From: Basidiobolus meristosporus CBS 931.73 | Lineage: Eukaryota; Fungi; Basidiobolomycota | Length of the DNA: 64,000 nucleotides | Direction: 5' to 3' | Assembly: GCA_002104905.1 (NCBI GenBank) | Contig: MCFE01000001.1 | Span: 248,001-312,000, forward strand | In this document: one piece after another, positions 10,601 to 25,499 of the stretch | Numbering within the stretch: position 1 is the first letter of the stretch | Layout of the letters: every line of letters begins with the position of its first letter | Translations under genes and position numbers: made by a program | The notes under the pieces: generated by a model | Told to the model about the DNA's origin: nothing | Database searches by the model: none | Seen by the model: the letters and a program-made list of their open reading frames with translations, nothing else

Positions 10601-11337
10601 AGGAGGCTAAGAACAAAAGCAAGCAAGCGAAAACCTCCGAGAGTGGCGAGGTTGAGCTCCCGACATCCGTCAGTAGCAAACTGCTTAGCTCCGAGCAAAT
10701 GTCTTCGGTCATTTGGACCACGCCTCTAGGAGTGCCCATTGTCCAGCCCTATCGTAAGCATCAGAAGAAGGTGATCAAGACCAATCTCCAGAACCTTACG
10801 ATCATCAACCCTGATGCCCATGTTCCCGTCAACGCTCAAAAGCAAAGAACCGCCTTCCCACCCAACTTCATCCATTCCTTGGATGCTTCACACATGCTGA
10901 TGTCTGCGGTTGCATGTAAGCAGCATGGCTTGAGCTTCGCTTCAGTGCACGACAGTTACTGGACACATGCATGTGATGTCGACACCATGAACACAATCCT
11001 TCGTGAGCAATTCATTGAGCTCCACCAACGCCCCATCATGGAAGAGCTACGTAATGAGTTTATCGAACGTTACAAAGGCTACAAAATGCCGGTTTCCGCG
11101 AGTGACGATGAGGTCAAGCCAGCCAACAAGGGCCTTAACCTGGCCCTACCCGATGATGGGCATGACGATGACCTTGATACGGAGGCAGACGAGAAGCAAG
11201 ATCAGCCCGAGGAACCCAAGGACAGCAAGAAATCCAAGAAGGTTCACAAATGGGTGGACCTCACCTTCCCGCCACTTCCCCCGCGAGGCGACTTCGATGT
11301 CTCCCAGGTGAAGGAAAGTCCATACTTCTTCCATTAG
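7672..11337 (+). CDS. RPO41: Mitochondrial T7-like DNA-directed RNA polymerase (1221 aa, intronless)
   Basis: Motifs DFRGRAYP, HQDGTCNGLQHYAAL, RKVVKQTVMTNVYGVT, PPNFIHSLDASHM and SVHDSYWTH; basic N-terminal presequence and PPR-like region. Confidence 0.98.
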   Translation: MFSFSHKAFVSQRKRLLGSVLTTRTSAGVQTKSTSFLEATLRKPVQSRYLNSSVTKNNLASADLAAAPGLSAVETLPEAMNPLMESLTTAGSKDLLILPRPRSQDFNDGKFNIKERLVVMHACLKTGDVDRARRMLTSLYKSNPQKMNELADIHVHNSLLRGYIEKSPRPHVVQAMNWFDTIKKYGLSPDCTTYAILIKGFLRINSVNAAKVIAQEMLKAGYTMEQLYGNPHLDDADLKKLIGIAEELAPVSVAKGKPQAPAAPEATPEAFADIKSSNPLGVRMLRKSLETASANYMDLYERQLKLEQQAIEAEVARLAELDKGRGEGAVNFRSSHLKRMIRDWHGELVKRIQDEAARVADDSKDITTSYGALLRSVAPEKLAIITINEMLRSNANGDVSDGTKSTQLLLSIGKAVELEYHSDILKKRSNSHLLDRRVQVQSLYSSGKLFNMTVRRAEAKKEREAIESEWVPRWTKEMHMSIGSILASSLIESAKVHTKRVNDATGDVEVFKEDAFYVTHQYQRGRQIGVVKLHPKLIDILSEGPLQEGVHPRLLPMLVTPKPWLTYNSGGYLTSRSLCMRIKGSPEQLAYLQEASNKDCLAVALAGLDVLGATKWQVNRKVFDVVLKVWNSGEELGDIPPAEIHREVPPKPEDYDENPQARWQWMKEYREVQSLKRNNHSLRCDANYKVEIAKAFLGQSMYFPHNFDFRGRAYPIPPHFNHLGSDLCRGMLLFDDAKPLGKSGLKWLKIHLASLAGYDKHSFEDRVSYIESNLNKVFDSADRPLDGDRWWLQAEDPWQCLAACFELTEALRSPEPEEFCSRLPVHQDGTCNGLQHYAALGGDKEGARQVNLIPSGAPADIYTGVANKVIELIEKEAALGIDKAQILKGKITRKVVKQTVMTNVYGVTVIGARAQISNRLREIEELKDVDVFGLSTYLTRLVFDSLGEMFTGARNLQDWLNESARRIARSIPAELLEEAKNKSKQAKTSESGEVELPTSVSSKLLSSEQMSSVIWTTPLGVPIVQPYRKHQKKVIKTNLQNLTIINPDAHVPVNAQKQRTAFPPNFIHSLDASHMLMSAVACKQHGLSFASVHDSYWTHACDVDTMNTILREQFIELHQRPIMEELRNEFIERYKGYKMPVSASDDEVKPANKGLNLALPDDGHDDDLDTEADEKQDQPEEPKDSKKSKKVHKWVDLTFPPLPPRGDFDVSQVKESPYFFH

Positions 11338-11669
11338 ATTGAACCCCGCCCCTTTTAGCTACTTCCCAGCATCAACCCTCCCCAAAATCGATCGCATCCC
11401 TATTTCCACTGACCTTCTCAATCACTCACATTACAACGTTCCATAGATATCACACATCCACATATATGTTCACAATCGCCACCCATCACACATTATATAG
11501 ATTAGATTCCTCTGACCTCGCCTCACCATGCCACAACACCTAATCCATCCTCTTCGTTGTAACTTCTTTCTCTTCGCCCACCATCATATTCACATAAAAC
11601 GAACTGTAAAAGATGATAAAAGGAATTTATTCTATGAACGGAGCTGTAGCCACCACCACCACCTGCCCC

Positions 11670-13400
11670 CTACTTCTTCCCCCAGAAACTCATCAGGTTC
11701 TTCTGCGCCGGTTTGCCCTTTTTCTCGCCACCGAGCTCTTTTTTGGGTTTGGCTTTCGGTGCTTTGGGTGTTTCTGTGTGGTTGGCTTCGGGTTCCTCGT
11801 CCGTGCAAGACTCCCACTCATAAACATCCTCTGTCACCATGTAGCCACGGTCGTTCTTGTAGGTGCGCTTCTTTTGGATTCTGCGACGTCCACGCTTACG
11901 TTTGCCGTTGGTGTTGGGAGGCTCCTGTGTAGTCGAAACTTTCTCATCCACATCTATGTCAACACTTGTCTCCTCTGCGGAATGTTAGCGCAGGAATAAC
12001 GCGAGTCACAGAAGTAAATTCTTACCAGGAGTGGCTGGAACGCTGGTTACATCCACCTCAGGCTCCGGGTTGGGGCTGGTCGGCTTTGTTGCATCAACCA
12101 TCTCCTCATCATCTGCAGCATCTATGCATTAGCAAATGCACCAGATACACGTCTATGTCTGGATACTAACCTGAGGGGAGGATGGATTTGACCTTGCGGG
12201 TACGCTTTCTTCGCTAATGGGGTCGTTCACGTTCATTAAAATCCCGAATAAAAGCTCGGCGAATAACCATGGATTACCTCAACCACCGGCTCTTCGTCCT
12301 CAACCTCCATCTCGTCTTTCCTGAAAGGATTATGGGTTAGTCTCTAGCTCGTCGAAAGGCCATGATGGGGCCTACTTGGGTGCTGGCTGCTTCTTGCTTT
12401 TGGTGGATCCGAAAAATGAGTTGACGCTTTTTGCTGGTGGCTTCTTCTCAACTGGTTTCTTTTCGGACGTGGGTGCTGGCTTCTTCTCGGTTGGCTTCTT
12501 CTCGGGCGCCAGTGGTTTACCAGGGATGAGTTCGACATTTCCACCAGGTGTGTTCTATTTGGGAACTTCAGCAGAGGCTCAGGGGATCAAGATTGATGTA
12601 GTAAAAGTACCTGGGATCCAAGATGAGTTTTCTTTGGCACGACCTCGGCCGGCTTGGTAAGTTTCAGACTGCATTAGCCCAAGAAGAAACTAGCAAGTGG
12701 TGAAGGATATTTACTTTGGCAGCTTTTTGTCGATCGATGATTTTAACTTTGACGTTTACTATGGACGCATATCTGGCAAAGGCTCAGTGTTAAGAACAAG
12801 CCGAGATTTATTAAGCGTATAAACCTACTCTGCCGGATTCGTAGGATCATCAACAGGCTTTTGAGTTGCCAGCAAGACGGCTCCGCTCTAACAACATGGA
12901 ATTATCAGTTACGGTCCAAAGAAAGGAGAGTGTGTGCATTACTTTGGGTCTACTCGCTTGAACGCTATACACATGGACACCAGTAATCTTACTGAACTTC
13001 TTTTTTGTGACTAAGAGTTGGTTAAGAAGAGAGAAGTGGTCACTGAGCGAGGGAACCGTACATACTTTCCAAATCTTCTTGCGGAACCAAAATTATGTGA
13101 TGGGACTCGTCAACCAGCAAAAATCCACTAATACAATATATACAATGGACTTGGTCTGTCGATTCGGTTATGAACTGGTAGAGCAATCTTGGCGAGGGTT
13201 ACTTTTGGTAAATATGATGGAAGTTCTTAGGGATCGATAATTACTTTTTGGCGTCGTTGGCAGGGATACGCAGCTGCCGACTCAACCATTTATACGTCAC
13301 CTAAGCCGGTGGAATTAGTATTTCTTTCTACAGCCATTCCGTACTGTTCGGTACATACTATTGACTTGTCTTCGCATATTAATTCCCGAAGTAAATCCAT
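11670..13400 (-). CDS. POLD3: DNA polymerase delta subunit 3 (Cdc27/Pol32), multi-exon
   Basis: Exon 1 MDLLRELICEDKSI, exon 2 VTYKWLSRQLRIPANDAKK, exon 3 VHCIYCISG; C-terminal KRTYKNDRGYMVTEDVYEWES and PIP box QKNLMSFW. Confidence 0.93.
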
Positions 13401-15192
13401 TCTGAGTGCTCTAACTAGGTCGAAAGTGGGGGCTTTGACTGTATATGATGAGTATCAATTTGCGGGATGTTTCTTCATTGTCTTGTAAACATTGTAAACA
13501 ACCAAAATCATCACAACAAAATAAATCCAGAGTTAATCACCTTTCTCATATTAATTCCAACTTCATCATACTTGAGCGATGTATCAAATTTTCAAATAGA
13601 AACATGATACAAGGCAATCTATTATAATTTCCATCATCAACTTGACACCATATGAAACGTAACTAACATTGCTATTTTACTTGACTGCGGCAAGCTACGA
13701 AGAACTCACCAATTTAAAATGACGGAAATTTGGCTGTATCATTTTTGTCACCACACGATCAACTGAAGATCAGATTCTTTTCCCACCCTCCCATGTCTGC
13801 AAAACCTTCATCTGATTGGATGGCGAGCAGGATTAGTATGAATATCTTCGAAATCGCAATATTTTCCTTAACCAATGACTTAGTAGTGTGATAAGAGCAT
13901 CACATATTACTTTCTGCGACATTCTGATATCAAGCTTGAGTTACCCAGGCCGTGTTAACTGTACCTATGACCATTCTTCGTAGCTACCTGGGAGGAAGCT
14001 ACACTTAATAGAACGGTTCTATCCTCTTCCTTAGCGCTTATCCCTTCTTTGCATTGTCTCGTTAATCTTTCACCTTTCGTCAGTTGACCGCATTCCCTGC
14101 TCATCATCGAACCTGTAATGCCTGAACGGGCAATGTTCAAGAAGCATTCGTCTTGAAAACTAGCATTCGAGAAGCTCATCTTTCTCCAGCGTAACAAGCA
14201 CCTATATGTACATATGTGAACCGCACTTCGAATACGCTACTGTGGCCACCATATCCCTTCTACAGGTAAGTACTTTGCACTATACAGTTCAGGAATTTTT
14301 ACTCACACCACTTTTACATTAGAGAACGTATTGATATATTTACATATACTCGACGTGCTAGCTATGCTCATATGTGAAGCTCGCATATCGGCTACTTCTT
14401 GGCGATATCGATGCGGATTTGACCTCGCGATCAGGTCTCGAATCTCTCATCAGTTCATTCTTGGAACGTGTGACATGATACAGAGACATAATTACCGAAA
14501 TCAATTTGACGCATGCAAACATCACCCATGTTTGTGGCTGCAATTCTGCTGCGCCTATCTTTCAGCGCAGCTATTGGCTAAGCTGAATACTTGTATTTAC
14601 CTCGCAGGGGCATAATGATTGGACAGTTGCTCATGGTATGTTCTATTCTCCTTATCGCGTCATCAGTACATTTTCAATTGATCCACATTTTAACTCGATT
14701 TGTCCGCCCCTATTCTCAGAACATGAATCATCCCCAACCGATTCTGACCAATGGAGATGTCGGAATGCTTCATCGCCTTGCAATTCGTGTCCAGGGGAGG
14801 CTGGTTAAATTGAACCAACCCGCACGTCACGGGACTGAAAAGGGATTTATTGAGCATTGGAGGATATATATTGATATGCTTGCCCACAGCTAAGTAGCAA
14901 TCGATGTAAACAAATTGACTACTATTTTCTGTTTCACCAATTTGCCAATGATATTTCCGTTTTGGCTAATTTATCCCAATAAAGCGAATTCGTCCCTCGC
15001 TTTTGTGGATATATTCTATCAAAACAAGGGGAAAGGAAAGAATCCGGCTTTTCACGTAAGCTTTCCCGTGAATTTTTGATCACAGTCCCCGTCATGGAAT
15101 TTAATTCCTTTTTCTTTTGATTTTGTATTCCATTGCCCTTTTTTCTTCCCAACAATAAAAAATCAAAGCATCTGGCTCGGGTCCACTCGAAG

Positions 15193-15200
15193 TATAAATA
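15193..15200 (+). promoter_or_regulatory. Candidate TATA box (TATAAATA) upstream of TBP
   Basis: Consensus match about 230 bp upstream of the ATG at 15424. Confidence 0.45.
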
Positions 15201-15423
15201 GTGGACTAGGGTCGTCCGAATGGGCAACAAAAAGAGGGAATCGCACCAGGTCGTCTTTTTCCACTTTTCAGTCGCGTATCTCGTCCAAACCCTCGATCTT
15301 CCTGTACATTTTCTAGAATTTCCTTTTTAATCCTTCCCTACTAGTCTTTACACGACCAACGACCACTCAACTCAGCTCAACTCAACGCAACTTCACTGTA
15401 TAGAATATCTTTGAATTTCAGAC

Positions 15424-16441
15424 ATGACCTCAAATTCCAACCATATTTTTGCTGTCCCATCCCTGCCTTACACGAGTAATCAAAAAAGTCATATAAATCC
15501 ACTTCAACAGAATGGTTTAAGCCTACCACCTATATCTGATTTGAACACACCTGAACAAGCACTTGCACAAACTCCCCAGACGCCAAACACAACGAGCGGT
15601 GTTGCTGGGATCATTCCCACGTTGCAGTAAGTTGATCATTTCTGAATGTTTGTCAATCGAGAGCAAGTTGAGTAACCCGCGATTATTCCAGAAATATTGT
15701 CGCGACCGTGAATCTTGATTGTCGGTTGGATCTTAAAACCATCGCTTTACACGCACGTAACGCAGAGTACAACCCCAAGGTACACTAGAAATGCATGAGC
15801 TTTTGATGGATTTCATGGAAGCAGCGATCTAACGGAGGTTCTTTTGTTTCCAGCGTTTCGCTGCCGTGATTATGCGTATTCGTGACCCGAAAACCACCGC
15901 CTTGATCTTTGCCTCGGGAAAGATGGTGGTCACAGGTGCGAAATCCGAAGATGATTCGAGACTGGCGGCTAGGAAATACGCGCGTATCATTCAGAAATTG
16001 GGATTCAATGCCAAATTCACGGATTTCAAGATCCAGAATATTGTGGGAAGTTGCGACGTCAAATTCCCTATTCGGTTGGAAGGCTTGGCTTATTCTCACG
16101 GTCACTTCTCAAGTGTAAGAACATTTATTAAATGTTTGTGGTCTGGCCGACCCACACCACTTGACCATGATAATTTATTTTGGACTTTACGATGATCTAG
16201 TATGAGCCAGAGTTATTCCCTGGTCTTATTTACAGAATGGTAAAGCCCAAGATTGTGCTTTTGATTTTTGTATCTGGCAAGATTGTGTTGACAGGTGCCA
16301 AGGTGAGAATCAAACGAGGTCCATGTACATATCATCGATGGCCGAGCTAAATCTTTACTTTGATCCATCAAGGTGCGCGAGGAAATTTACCAAGCCTTTG
16401 AAGCCATTTACCCTGTATTAACAGAATTCCGCAAACCTTAA
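15424..16441 (+). CDS. SPT15: TATA-binding protein, 5 exons
   Basis: Spliced product [59 protein letters not shown]...[56 protein letters not shown]. Confidence 0.98.
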
Positions 16442-16594
16442 AATCGAGCCCTCACACCATATACATATAGCCACTGCCACTTCCCACCTCACTTCATCAA
16501 TTGTTTCCTTTTTAATGCACTCCACTAAATTTAATAAAAAAGGGTTCGGAGTTGGGTTTTCACCAAATCACCCATAGCTTTATTGGTCGCGTAA

Positions 16595-18789
<2,195 letters not shown>

Positions 18790-18920
18790 CTAGAAAAAAT
18801 TTCGGTCCGCTGGTTAATGGTGGAAATTGGGCGAGTGAGGGTGAGCCGTAATTAACCATGGATCAGTGGATTTTTGGCTGTTTGTCACTTACTTGATTTG
18901 TATATGTACCTGTCCACTTG

Positions 18921-20444
18921 ATGTCTACCAAGCTATCGACAGACGAGGGGGTCGCGAGCCCCGTTCCTTCTGTTCATACTGAATCTCCCGTTGATTCCGA
19001 GGGCTCAAGCGATAGTTCGCGGAGTCCAAACAAACGAGCCCACTCTGACAGCGAGGAGACCGAGGGAAGTCTTTCGGAGGAGGAGAGTGACGATGAGGCG
19101 GAGGATCATTGTCCTATATGTCTTGATGTATTCAAACAAAAAACTTTTGTGGAGCCTTGCTTGCGTATCCTTTATTGCTCTTGGTGAGGATGGAGATGGG
19201 AAGGAGAGCGATGTCCGTTGATTGTGTCCTTTAACTCGCGTTCCAGATAGCTATTGTTTTCAGTGTATAGAGCTGTGGGCCTCTGCACACCGGCAGTGTC
19301 CTCTGTGTAAAGTGGAGTTTTTCTCGGTCATATCCAACATAGCGTTTGACACGTTTAAAAGGGTACGCTTCTTGAAGCACAAGGGTGGATTACTGGTGTA
19401 TTTATTCTTGCTTTTCACTGTAGTTTACTTTCCCCCCGCTGGTGTCGAGTCAGGGCAGTGCTTCTACATCCGCCCGCCCGTCACCTTCTTCGTTTAGACC
19501 GCAGCCTTATAGGTATTGGGACGGCCAGTATTATGATGCGTTGCGAGAGTTTGATGCTAACGGTCTCGAGAAAGAAGAAGAAGGCCGCCCCCACAGTACG
19601 GGCCTATAGAGGTAGACGAAGAACAACGTACAGAGGCAGGGTACCGTAAACGGAGGTACTCCAAATCGTGCTCGTTTACGCCAGAACATCCCCTAAGCAT
19701 ACCTCTCCAGGTTGATCTATCGATACAAGTTACGAGCCGTTCACATTGGCACCAACACACATTCGGGATTCCAGCCGGCAAGTACGTTCCACTCTTGAAC
19801 TTGAATGTTCCCAAGGAAGTTGATTCGAGCATCTGTAGTACTTCAGAGCCAGTCAAGCATCGACCGGGTTGTTCCCTGGATCCGCAGAGATCTTCAGGTC
19901 CTACTAAACGACGAGGATGTGGAGCTGGTCAAAGAGCATATCATAGCCATCATGAAGAAGTAAGTCGAGTGGCCATTTTCGCGAGAACTTGGGCTAACCT
20001 GGGCCCAGGATGGACATGAAAAGCGATCGAGCGATCGAGTTGCTTCAGCCATTTCTAGAGGATAAGAGCGAGCATTTCGTACATGAATTGGTTGCGTTTG
20101 CTAGGTCTTCGCTCAACATCCATGACTACGACCGGTACGTGCCGTACAACATTCCCCAGGTAAGACCGCAACACCCCGCCCATTCCCACCACCAGCGATT
20201 GATGGGTGCCTCTCTTGCAGCAGCTGAACGACCGGGAGCATCGGAGGATCCACAAGATGCTGCTCAAAGAAAACGAGAACCTGAAGAAACCCAAGACCGC
20301 TGGCGAGGATGTTCGGTCGCGCGGAAGCGAATCGCCCGAGGCGCCACACCCGTGAAACGCATGTTTCGTGGAACACGACTTGACGCAACGCTCCCTGGAG
20401 CCTGGCAGGCAGGAGAATCAGGCCCCCTAACCCTCCCCAATTAA
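18921..20444 (+). CDS. RING (C3HC4) E3 ubiquitin ligase, Topors-like
   Basis: CPICLD...EPCLHSYCFQCIELW...CPLCK across intron 1; RLIYRYKLRAVHIGTN; LQPFLEDKSEHFVHELVAFARSSLNIHDYDR. Confidence 0.88.
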
Positions 20445-20699
20445 TGTCTACCACCATCGCATCGTAGTCCAGACCTGAGGCACAAGAAAATAAATAGGCT
20501 CGAAAAATTTCTGGCCATCAACCCCACATTTAATTCACTACCCCAGACTTTAAAAAATCGAGCGGGAAAGGGGTGGATCGGTGGATCAAAACGTACCGCG
20601 CCTCACTCATAAAGTCTTACTAATCGACCGGCGCCCTAGGTGAAGCCTTTGGAGCACTTTGTTACTTAATTCCCTCAGACTTTGTTGAATCTCCTCAGA

Positions 20700-21686
20700 A
20701 TGTTTTCCACCAGAATCCTTCGTCCCACTCTCTCCGTCTTCTCTTCGATCCCCAAGAGACAGATCGCCACCTCCTCTGCTTCTTTCTCCGACAAACTCTT
20801 CGTGGTAAGCACGTCTGTCTTCGTATAGAAGGGGTTCCCATTTAGCTAGGGTTTTACCGGGAGTTAGCTTGGCCCTTGGCAGTGTTCGCATCTGCTTCGT
20901 AACGCTCACCCTCCTCTCTCTTTCTTTTCAAGCATCGCGACACCCCCGAGAACAACCTCAGCCGCAAATTCGAGTTCTCCACTGAGAACAAGAAGGTCGT
21001 CGAGGAGATCCTGGCCAAGTACCCCACCCAATACAAAAAGGGTGCCACCATCCCACTCCTTCATCTTGCACAAAAACAGTTGGGCTGGACCAGTCTCTCC
21101 GCCATGAACGAAGTGGCCCGTATCGTCGAGGTCCCCCCTATGCGTGTTTATGAGGTGGCCACTTTCTACACCATGTTCAACCGGTAGGTAGTGGTCGTAT
21201 TGGTTGCTGTTCTAACAAAGACTAAGTTGTGATACATACGACAGCGACCCCGTTGGCAAGTATTTCCTCCAATTGTGCACCACCACCCCTTGCGAGCTGT
21301 GCGGCTCCACCGAGATCTTGAACACCATTCAGAAACACCTCGGCATCAAGGTCGGCGAAACCACCAAGGATGGAAAGTTCACTCTGGTCGAGGTCGAATG
21401 CGCCGGTGCTTGTGTCAACGCCCCTGTTTTGGCCGTCAACGATGACTACTACGTAAGATAGAGCGGGACTTTGTTGTGCATGCCTACAGCGCTAACCAAT
21501 TCCCTCGGTCAATAGGAGGACCTTACCCCCGAGACCACCATCAAGGTTCTTGATGCCTTGAAGGCAGGCAAGGTCCCCAAGGCAGGACCCCAGTCCTCCC
21601 GTCAGAACTGCGAGCCAGCCCCTGGATTGACTAGTCTCACATCCGAGCCCTACGGACCCGGCTTCCAGGTTCGGGCAGATTTGTAA
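20700..21686 (+). CDS. NDUFV2: NADH:ubiquinone oxidoreductase 24-kDa subunit
   Basis: [58 protein letters not shown]; ends [10 protein letters not shown]. Confidence 0.97.
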
Positions 21687-21846
21687 ACACAGTACGAAAC
21701 GTTGGATCCGCGCCACTTGACCACCACCTAACGACAATCAATGGCAACATCCCTCCAGAGACAAAGCCACAGCCACAGTCACCTACATACATTTCAGTCA
21801 TAACCACCCTCATCCCCTGTTTCTTCATCTTAAAGAGAAAATAAAT

Positions 21847-23153
21847 TTATTCAGGTTTTTTTGCCGAGACGACCACGAAGTGTAGCCATTGGTTGCGATG
21901 CACGTAGCGTAACAGCCATTTCATGACGCTTAGCTTCATCCAGAGCGTGGGCACCACCAACCCGTCGAAGATCTTCTCCTGGCGCTCAATGAATCCCGCC
22001 AGCCCAGGAAATACTTGGTCTTCGATGGGTACCAGCGAGATCTGGGTGTATCCTATGCTCTCTAGCACCGAGCGATACTCCGCCTCATTGACCATGTTCT
22101 CCAGGGGAATCTCACTGGCTGTGCAGACCAGCTTCAGGATGGTTTGGCCCCACCAAGACTGCGGCTTACGGGCCAAGATAATGTCGGCCAGCCCGATGGA
22201 GCCGCCGCTTCTCAGATGCTCAAACGCCTGTCCAAGGAAGGCTGCTCGGGTCCGGTAATGATAAGCCTGCGTGATTCACAGGGGATAGGTGTCAGAGGTA
22301 TGCAAAAGTAGTCATCTTACGAGGAAATCAGTGACGTACACTGTCGATGGATATAACTCGATCATAGGTGGTGGGAAGCCTCTTGGAGGCTAGCAGATGG
22401 GAAATCCGCGCGGCATCCCCCAGCTCCAGCTGGATGGTTTCCTGGAGGCAGGATTCGGCCACCCTTTGTTTGGCCACTATCTGCTGTACCGGCTCAAGTG
22501 TGAAGCCAACAATCCGTGAGAGATTGAACTCCTCTAGATTGAAATGGTGAATGGTCGTTCAGCTCTCGACGACGCGCATAAAGCTCACCTTGAAGATAGA
22601 TATCTTGATCACCACACCCGTACCCTACATCTAAGCGATATTTGGGGTGAATCTTGGGTTAGGGATAGGGGTAGGGGCATGCCTGTCCGTATACAACTGT
22701 ACCTAAGATCCTCTCACCAACACCCAAGTCTGCCGCCTTTGCCACTCGGCTGACGAGGGCCTTGCACGCTTGTTGAAAATCCATTGTATTCTAGATGGTT
22801 TCAAACCGGTTACTTTCTCAAGAGCCGCACTTGGGGTTAAGTGAACCAACCTCCCAATAGCCCATGTTCATCCACAGGTTGGGCCTCACGAGGTTCAACA
22901 CGCCCTGGTCCAGCCCGTAGATTGAGGTTTCCTTCGGGACTTCGAAACCAAAACGTATGCTGGTGCTCTCACCTACCCCCAGTGCTTTGCACAGCAGGTG
23001 GAACACCAAGGGGAACCGATGCAGAAGGGCCAACGGTACCGATAGACCATAAAGTATCGCAGAAAGATTCCCCTCTAGCAGGGAAACCCTCCAAAAACCC
23101 AGGAGGTGGATGGTGTATAGAGTGGAATAGAGGTAAAGGAAGTTAACAAGCAT
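21847..23153 (-). CDS. Class I SAM-dependent methyltransferase with a hydrophobic N-terminal segment
   Basis: YGLDQGVLNLVRPNLWMNMGYWE, spliced motif I ILDVGYGCGDQD, AYHYRTRAAF-like segment, LKPGG-like region. Confidence 0.85.
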
Positions 23154-23305
23154 GACCTCCGATGCGGCGCATGCTCGGTGGTAATGGTGATGGGACGAAT
23201 TTTTTCGAACATTCGTGGAATTCAGTTGTTAATCACGATAAGCAATGGTGGATAGATTTATTTTATTAAGCCATGTTCAATGTATGCATGCATGCATGAG
23301 TCAAT

Positions 23306-24066
23306 TTATAATGCGGCAAGGACAGCCTCCACTCCACTAGGGCCAACGCCTGGCTGGGATTCGATTCCGACGTAGGTCACCTTGAGGTCGTCGATGACCA
23401 GGGCGAAACGTTTGGTTCTCTCACCCATGGTGAACTTGGAGCTATCCTGGGTCAAACCAAGAGGCTTCGTGAGTTCTAAGTTTCCGTCGCTGACCATCAG
23501 CTGTGAAGAATGGTTGGTTAGCCATCGTTTAACGCCCATCGCCCCCCTTCCGTTCACTTACGATCTTATCTTCGACATTTTGGCTCTTTCCCCAGGCATT
23601 CATGACGCTACACAAGAAGAAGGATGATTAGCTAGCTATTGGGGGGGGGTAGCGAACATATCTCGATTGCTTACAATGCGTCACTAGACAAAAACAACTA
23701 CAGTTAGCAGCAGGTTCGATGAAACCACCGGGATTAGTGCGACTTACTTGGCAGCTAGGCACACAATCAAATCAACCCCCTTGGCCTTGAGGTCCTCATA
23801 CTTGCTTAAGAAGTCGGGCAAGTGTGTGTTGCTGCAGGTGGGGGTGAAAGCACCAGGAACCGCGAACAAGACCACTTTCTTTCCCTTGAAGACACTGTGG
23901 GTGTTGAGTGGTTGGGGGATACCGCAAGCGTTGGGGGCGGCCTCGGCATCATAGACGCAGTATTTGAGGGTGACCTCGGGGATGACGGTGCCAACTTCTA
24001 CAGACTGAGACCACGATTAAGATCAACGAAGGGGGATTTCAAATGTAGCAACAAACCACGAACCAT
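23306..24066 (-). CDS. PRX5: Peroxiredoxin 5 / Ahp1-type thioredoxin peroxidase
   Basis: ATG-only exon; KKVVLFAVPGAFTPTCSNTHLP; 9-nt microexon completes ANDAFVM; GERTKRFALVIDDLKVTYVGIE. TATAAAA on the minus strand at 24129-24123. Confidence 0.95.
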
Positions 24067-25499
24067 GTTATTGTTTCTCAAGGGGATGCGTATACGGGAC
24101 ACCCGGGTTAAAGGCGGTTTGCTTTTATAGGATTCGAGGCTCACCACTCGATAACGTAAGCCATACGAAATCAGAGTTGATTAGTTATTATGTGCTAATC
24201 TGTGGGCTATCCTGTCCACTAGAAATCCATCTCATCAACCTCAAATTGATATATCTAATCTTGCGATCCCATCTTCCCTCCACAGCATTCGCCTTGCCAA
24301 CCATCACCACCCTCGCCAAGTCAGCTAGGAACGGCCGGTAAAGAATGCTCCGACTCATGAAACCAGAACCATCATTGTTTCATTGGGAGGTGTCATATTC
24401 GAAACATTTCGATCTTGGTTTCCTGCTCACCTTGAGCACAACCGATTTAGGGTTAGGCCGTGTCTCGTAGATATCGCTCGCTAATGACGGTAAAACATGC
24501 CTCTCTCATCCCTCCTTCCCTCCTCCGATCCGAACGACCTTAAGGTTTATGCGCTTCGTGTAGCAACTATCCTTTAAAACCGAAGATGCACCCCGGTCGC
24601 AGTATCCATATGCAGGATGAATGTTGATTAAATACATGGAAGTGGGCGGATTACATCATCACCAATTTAGGGATAATTCAGGATAAAAGGAACAATCCTC
24701 CATTGGCGCAAGAAAGTTTAAATTGGCAACACACATCGAGCCCAAGACACGGCAAAGAAGGCAATGGCCGCTACATTAATGGAAATGAATCCCCCCGCGA
24801 CAAAGGCTACAGAACACCTGCGTTTCGGCGAGGCAAGGGAACAATGAGCGTGTTGGCATTAGGAGAATGTATCAATAGAGAAACACAACGGGGCCAATTG
24901 TAAGCAACAGAGTGGACACGGAGGATATCCGGCCTATTATCACTGCAAAATAACATCGGATAGTCCCAAAAAAACCGGCTGCAAACTCAATGCGTCGATT
25001 TCGAATCAAATGACCGTGTGGACATCAGATATTGTGCGTTCTTGCATTCGTGTGTCGCGATGGCACAAAATGGGAGATTGCTCGCAACTCTAAACGGCTC
25101 AGCATCAGCCAGAAGTGCCCACAATGGATAAATGGATAATCTAGGGAACGAATGCCTGAACAAGGAGCCCTTTTTGGTGAAGGGGATGATGAATGGGAAT
25201 TATATGGGAAGGGAAGTCACCCAACCGGGAAAAACCTGGCGATTAAATGAGAAAGGCTTTGCTCGATATGAATCATGAATGAGAGAATGGCCAATCTGTT
25301 AATAGCTAGATTATTGCTTTAACGGTTCGTTTCAACAGTAATTCATTCCTGATTTGAGGGTTAACTTTATGATGAAATATTCCGGCATTGTTTGAAATCA
25401 TTCCGAAATTTCCCTGAACGAGGTGGGCTTTAAAAGGTCCCCCTCCCGCCGACTCTGATGCTGATTATTTCCTCCCTCTAGTTCGCTGTCCTGTCCAGA

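Noticed and set aside
23306-24066. Possible selenoprotein peroxiredoxin (some early-diverging fungi use Sec)
   Set aside because: The peroxidatic residue is a TGC Cys (TPTC); there is no in-frame TGA.
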